This document shows, piece by piece, positions 58,234 to 64,000 of a stretch of 64,000 nt of DNA. The stretch is from Candidatus Zambryskiibacteriota bacterium (GTDB taxonomy: Bacteria > Patescibacteriota > Minisyncoccia > Phycocordibacterales > WO2-35-19). The notes below the pieces were generated by a model that made no database searches, was not told the origin of the DNA, and saw only the letters and a list, made by a program, of their open reading frames with translations. The stretch is from contig JASNZL010000001.1 in assembly GCA_048499675.1 (NCBI GenBank), forward strand, positions 58,747-122,746, given 5' to 3'. How positions within the stretch are numbered: the first letter of the stretch is position 1; each line of letters starts with the position of its first letter. The position numbers and the translations under genes are program-made.

Positions 58234-58788
58234 TTAGAACTGCACTTTTACTGGTTCACGAGCTTCTGCTTCTTCCAATTCAAAGAATTCTAATACAGAG
58301 AAACCAAATACCTTTGCTATAAGATTTGAAGGGAAAGTTTCAATCTTTATGTTCAAGTCTCTTACATTAGCGTTATAAAATCTCCTTGAGGCCTGTATTT
58401 TGTTTTCTGTATCACTTAACTCTCTTTGTAATTCCAAGAAATTTTGGTTGGCTTTCAAATCTGGATAATTTTCGGACAAAGCAAAAATTGATTTCAAAGT
58501 ACTTGAAAGCATATTTTCAGCTTCTGCATGGTCTTTGACAGATTGTGCACTCATAGCTTTTGTTCTTGCTTCTGTTACTTTTTCAAAAGTTCCTTGTTCG
58601 TGACTCGCATAACCCTTAACTGTATTAACCAAATTAGGAATAAGATCGTATCGCCTTTTCATTTGAACTTCTATATCACTCCAAGCCTCCTTGGCTCTTG
58701 TTGCAAGTCTAATAAAGCCGTTGTAAGCAACAATTGCCCACAAGACGAAAACACCAATTAGAATATAAATTATTATTGATAGTTCCAT
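58234..58788 (-). CDS. lemA: LemA family protein.
   Basis: Start taken at the internal MELSIIIYILIGVFVLWAIVAYNGFIRL (TM). Conserved LemA region ...YASHEQGTFEKVTEARTKAM...LSENYPDLKANQNFLELQ. The longer ORF to 59031 runs into the GC-rich non-coding region. Confidence 0.65.
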   Translation of the reverse strand: MELSIIIYILIGVFVLWAIVAYNGFIRLATRAKEAWSDIEVQMKRRYDLIPNLVNTVKGYASHEQGTFEKVTEARTKAMSAQSVKDHAEAENMLSSTLKSIFALSENYPDLKANQNFLELQRELSDTENKIQASRRFYNANVRDLNIKIETFPSNLIAKVFGFSVLEFFELEEAEAREPVKVQF

Positions 58789-59199
58789 ATTTATAAATAA
58801 TACTAATAACCACTCTATTATATCATAAATAAAAAATAGTATAAAAGAAAAGGGCCCTCGCATCAGCGTGGGCCCAAAGAAAGGGAGAAGGAACGATTTA
58901 ATATTGCAAGGCGCCGGAATTGAATGAATTACGTCCGGCGCGCATGGCGAAGCAACTATTCTCGTGTTGCTCCGCAACTGTTTGGGGGCGAGCGTCTGCC
59001 CACCCCCCCCTACTGTCAACCCCGCAACCAAAAAGGGGCCGACAGTTTTCCGGCGTAGTCGCAGTTCTTCCCATATATCAGGAAAGAAAGGACGCGACGC
59101 CGAAACCCCCCAGATACCTTTGAAGTAGGACAGTTATAATTAATTTTTAGCAAAAATTAAATTTTAAAAAAAAATTATCATTGTCGTTTGAAATTTGCA

Positions 59200-60104
59200 A
59201 TTGGTGATGTATCGAAAAAGGCACGGAGATTCGCTCCATTAGCAGTTTTTTTGGATCGTAGTCCAAATACAGTGAGCCGAGAATACGGAAACATAGTGTT
59301 AATGGTGCATATGAGGCCAGGAAAGCTAAGCAAAAATCATTAGCAGAAAGATGGAGAGCAAAAGCTCAATGTCTCAAAGTAGCAATGAACAGTTTCCTTT
59401 GCGTTTTCGTTGAAGAGAAACTTCAAAACAAGTGGTCACCAAAACAAATTAGTGGGTATTTGAAGAGAGAGTACGGCATCATTTGCTCTAGCAAAGCCAT
59501 ATACAAATTTGCTGAGAGCCGTGGATTAGATCACTTGCTTTTCTGGGGCTGGAACAACATGAAAGCTTGTCGCAAGAGATACAAATGGAAAACACCCAAA
59601 GATGGAAGGAAATATATTGGACAAAGACCAGAAAGAAAAGAAGTTGGTCATCTAGAGATGGACTTCATTGTCTCCAAAGAAAGTTCTTGGGTTCTCTTGG
59701 TAGTAGTTGATCGTTTTGCTAAAAAAACTTGGGTGAGGAAACTACCCAACAGAAAACGCGACACTATTCGTGCCGCGCTTTCCTCTATGTTCCATGGGAT
59801 TGTTTTGAAGTCGATCACCACGGACAATGATCTAGCATTCACATGCTGGAGAGAACTTGAGATTCTCCTCAACACTGTCATATATTTTACACATCCATAC
59901 CATTCTTGGGAAAAGGGATTAGTGGAGAATACTAACCGATGGATCAGATGTTTTGTACCTAAAAGGAGAAATATCGAGTCAGTGACTGAAGAAGAATTGA
60001 AAGGGATTCACACCTTCTTGAACGACCGACCGAGAGAATGTATTGGATTTAGATTACCAACAAGTTATTATTATGAGTTAACATCTGTCCTACTTGAGGG
60101 GTAG
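59200..60104 (+). pseudogene. IS30-family transposase, frameshifted: the N-terminal HTH part is out of frame with the intact DDE catalytic part.
   Basis: Frame A reads IEKGTEIRSISSFF (IS30 HTH-like) ending at a T7 run. Frame B (59385..60104) reads ...HPYHSWEKGLVENTNRWIRCFVPK, a typical IS30 DDE C-terminus. Confidence 0.65.
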
Positions 60105-60148
60105 CGGGAGGAACTTGATTCTTACTTAATTATAGCAAATACACAGAG

Positions 60149-60256
60149 TTTGTCAACCCCGTTAGAGATTTTGTTTAAGTGTATAACAGATAAACGTTAT
60201 TTATAGCCATATTTCCGAAGTATCGCAAAAACGAGTGAATGTAAATCTCTAACGGG
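60149..60256. mobile_element. ~110-bp MITE-like element, copy B, 45 bp downstream of the IS30 pseudogene.
   Basis: tttgtcaaCCCCGTTAGAGATTT...AAATCTCTAACGGGcac. Homologous to 20444..20553. Confidence 0.6.
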
Positions 60257-60430
60257 CACGTCTTTTTGCTTAATTTAAATATTCTTTACTCCTATATCAA
60301 AAAATGACTCCCTGAGTCATTTTTTGATATGCTTCTTTATCTAAAAACTCCTACCTAAAATTTCTAAGCTCTCAGCTTTTTATCCCCATTCCTTAATTTT
60401 TGAATTTTAACTTTTGAATTTTAAATTATT

Positions 60431-62110
<1,680 letters not shown>

Positions 62111-62215
62111 TTAATTATCAATTTTCAATTTTGCACTAAATTTCTAATGATCTAATTTTCATTGAAAATTTTAAATTAATTCATTTATTGAAAATTTTAA
62201 ATTAAAAATTTTAAA

Positions 62216-62578
62216 TTATCTAATAATTGCTAATATGTTCTCCTCTCTCAAAATATAATATTCAACACCATCTAGTTTTACTTCATCATAACCATATCTA
62301 GAAAAAACAACCTTATCTCCCACCTTTACATTCATAGGCACAAGTACTCCATCGTCCCATTTACCGAGACCTACCGCGACAACAATGCCTTGTTCTGGTT
62401 TTTCCTTGCTCACCGTATCAGGGATAATAATTCCAGATGAAGTTTTGCTAACCTCTTCTTCTGATAGCGGTTTTAGAACAACCCTATCAAATAATGGGGT
62501 AATTTTTGAACTTATACCCATTTTATCTCCCTGACTTTGCTTTGGACTTACTTTTTTTACTACTACTTTCTTTTTCAT
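62216..62578 (-). CDS. groS: Co-chaperonin GroES (Cpn10) with a short Lys-rich N-terminal extension.
   Basis: ITPLFDRVVLKPLSEEEVSKTSSGIIIPDT...GIVVAVG...VKVGDKVVFSRYG..EVKLDGVEYYILREENILAII. Confidence 0.8.
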   Translation of the reverse strand: MKKKVVVKKVSPKQSQGDKMGISSKITPLFDRVVLKPLSEEEVSKTSSGIIIPDTVSKEKPEQGIVVAVGLGKWDDGVLVPMNVKVGDKVVFSRYGYDEVKLDGVEYYILREENILAIIR

Positions 62579-62810
62579 AAGCTAAAAATTTAATATGCCA
62601 ATAATTTTTAATAATTTGAAACAAAATAGCTCTGCTTCAAATTTATAAATGCGCCCATATTATATTATAAATAGGTGTTTTTGAAAAGTATCTGTATCCA
62701 TCCAAAACAATCCTCTATTAAGATATTTGGTTCAAAACCTGAAGCATTTATTGTTTAATTAATCTAAGTTGCTTAAAATATATACTATGCTATAATGGTC
62801 AAACAAAGTA

Positions 62811-63023
62811 ATGTTGTCTTATATTCAAATAATTTTAGCCGTTTTGCTTGGTGCACTTATCCTTATTCAACAATCAGAGAGCTCGCTTGGAGGAGCTTTT
62901 GGTGGGAGTGGGGCAGAAGGAAACAAAAGAACCAGAAGAGGACCCGAACTCTGGATATTTAGAATTACAATAGTTGTAGCCATACTTTTTGTTTCTACAA
63001 CTTTAGTAAATTTGCTATACTAA
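62811..63023 (+). CDS. secG: Preprotein translocase subunit SecG.
   Basis: 70 aa. ILAVLLGALILIQQSESSLGGAFGGSGAEG plus a second TM helix, the SecG architecture. Confidence 0.6.
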   Translation: MLSYIQIILAVLLGALILIQQSESSLGGAFGGSGAEGNKRTRRGPELWIFRITIVVAILFVSTTLVNLLY

Positions 63024-63148
63024 AAATTCTTTCAAACTTTTTTAAAAGTTACATAATTTCTATATAAAATTTGGAATAAATTTTAAATATTACATTTAAT
63101 ACGACTATAGCCACTTTTTTGGTGTTCTATAAATTGCATATTATTGAA

Positions 63149-64000
63149 ATGACAAAAATTGAATCTATCATCAAAACAATGAATCCAACTGAAAAGATAC
63201 TTTTCTATGTTTTCAGTACAATATTTGTAATAACAGCTATGTTGATGCTCTATAGAGTCCACAAACATTACCTAGTAGAAATCCCGACCTACGGCGGTCA
63301 ATTCACAGAAGGGGTAATAGGTTCTCCTAGATTTATCAATCCAATATTATCAATTTCTGATACAGACAAAGATTTAGTATCTCTTGTATATTCGGGTTTA
63401 TTAAAAACTAATCTAGATGGTAGTTTTACCCCTGATTTAGCAGAAAAATATGAAGTAAGAGAAGACGGGACAATCTATAATTTTATATTAAAAGAAAATA
63501 TATATTTTCATGATGGGAAAGAAATAACTTCTGATGATGTAGCTTTTACAATTGAAAAAATAGTAGATCCAATAATCAAAAGCCCTAGGAAATCAAATTG
63601 GGAAGGAGTTACATTTGAAAAAATAAACGACAAAGAATTTAATCTAATTTTGGGCAAAGCCTATTTTCCTTTTGTTCAATCTCTTACAGTGGGCATTTTA
63701 CCTAAGCACATATGGGAAAATGCTACTTCCGAAGAATTTCCATTCAGCGAATGGAATATAAAACCTATTGGTAGTGGTCCCTACAAAATTGATAAAATAT
63801 CTAGAAATTCTGGTGGTATACCAACAGCAATCACCCTATCATCATGGAACAAATACCTTCCAGAAAAACCAAAAATAAAATCAATAACATTCAAATTTTT
63901 TCAGAATGAAAATGATTTGGTTAAGGCGTATTCAGACAAATCCATAGATAGCATAAGTGGTATTACTCAAAGTACTGCAAAAAATTCTCTCAATGACAAA
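63149..64000 (+). CDS. ABC transporter substrate-binding protein family 5 (oligopeptide/dipeptide-binding-like). The 3' end extends beyond the window.
   Basis: MTKIESIIKTMNPTEKILFYVFSTIFVITAML (anchor), then GGQFTEGVIGSPRFINPILS...DLVSLVYSGLLKTNLDGSFTPDLAEKYEV, typical of SBP_bac_5. No stop codon by position 64000. Confidence 0.55.
   Translation, partial: MTKIESIIKTMNPTEKILFYVFSTIFVITAMLMLYRVHKHYLVEIPTYGGQFTEGVIGSPRFINPILSISDTDKDLVSLVYSGLLKTNLDGSFTPDLAEKYEVREDGTIYNFILKENIYFHDGKEITSDDVAFTIEKIVDPIIKSPRKSNWEGVTFEKINDKEFNLILGKAYFPFVQSLTVGILPKHIWENATSEEFPFSEWNIKPIGSGPYKIDKISRNSGGIPTAITLSSWNKYLPEKPKIKSITFKFFQNENDLVKAYSDKSIDSISGITQSTAKNSLNDK

Noticed and set aside
58234-59031. Full 265-aa ORF for the LemA gene.
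   Set aside because: The first 81 codons read through the GC-rich structured non-coding segment and are Gly/Pro/Ala-rich. The conserved LemA N-terminal TM helix begins at the internal Met (58788).
62579-62810. CIRCE/HrcA operator upstream of groES.
   Set aside because: No TTAGCACTC...GAGTGCTAA-like inverted repeat was found by eye in the upstream region, so it is not reported as a feature.

Overview
The window is an AT-rich, small-genome chromosome of a CPR/Patescibacteria-like bacterium. Standard genetic code: UGA behaves as a stop codon. Housekeeping content: a mur cell-wall cluster (an HTH-MurA fusion, MurB, MurD, MurC), ClpB, a NifS/IscS-type cysteine desulfurase, a short-form IF-2 with RbfA, GyrA, TsaD, class-2 PyrD, Hsp20, GroES/GroEL, SecG and RNase P RNA. 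There are seven tRNA genes: Tyr, Cys, Leu-TAA, Lys, Leu-TAG, Ser, Glu and Phe among them. Two giant secreted surface proteins are present (2860 aa and 1457 aa). Six things stand out. (1) An ~8.5-kb visibly GC-rich element is integrated into the 3' end of tRNA-Leu(TAA), with a ~45-bp direct repeat of the tRNA end at its far side. It encodes a large serine recombinase, carries two nested sets of perfect inverted repeats, and has a cargo of foreign genes: an aldo/keto reductase, a truncated bacterial-type AspRS catalytic core, a full archaeal-type AspRS/AsnRS, a low-GC S51 peptidase, and a translationally coupled radical-SAM plus nucleotidyltransferase-like pair. (2) A family of short tRNA-associated units lies downstream of tRNA-Tyr, -Lys, -Ser, -Glu (in tandem) and -Phe. 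Each unit is terminator, then a conserved GC-rich structured motif (GAAAGRCGGAG, a covarying hairpin, then GAGYCGGGGTCGCGA), then a partial copy of the tRNA 3' end. The same motif forms the attR-proximal arm of the 8.5-kb element, so these look like miniature or degenerate relatives of it. (3) A separate tandem 178-bp unit follows tRNA-Leu(TAG). (4) A tandem array of seven diversified VirB2/TrbC-like (T4SS-pilin-like) small membrane proteins sits next to a membrane-anchored lytic-transglycosylase-like protein. (5) A GIY-YIG gene is inserted at the 5' side of tRNA-Tyr, with an 18-bp duplication. (6) There is a frameshifted IS30-family transposase and a ~110-bp MITE-like element present in two copies. 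All coordinates read by hand may be off by 1-2 nt.
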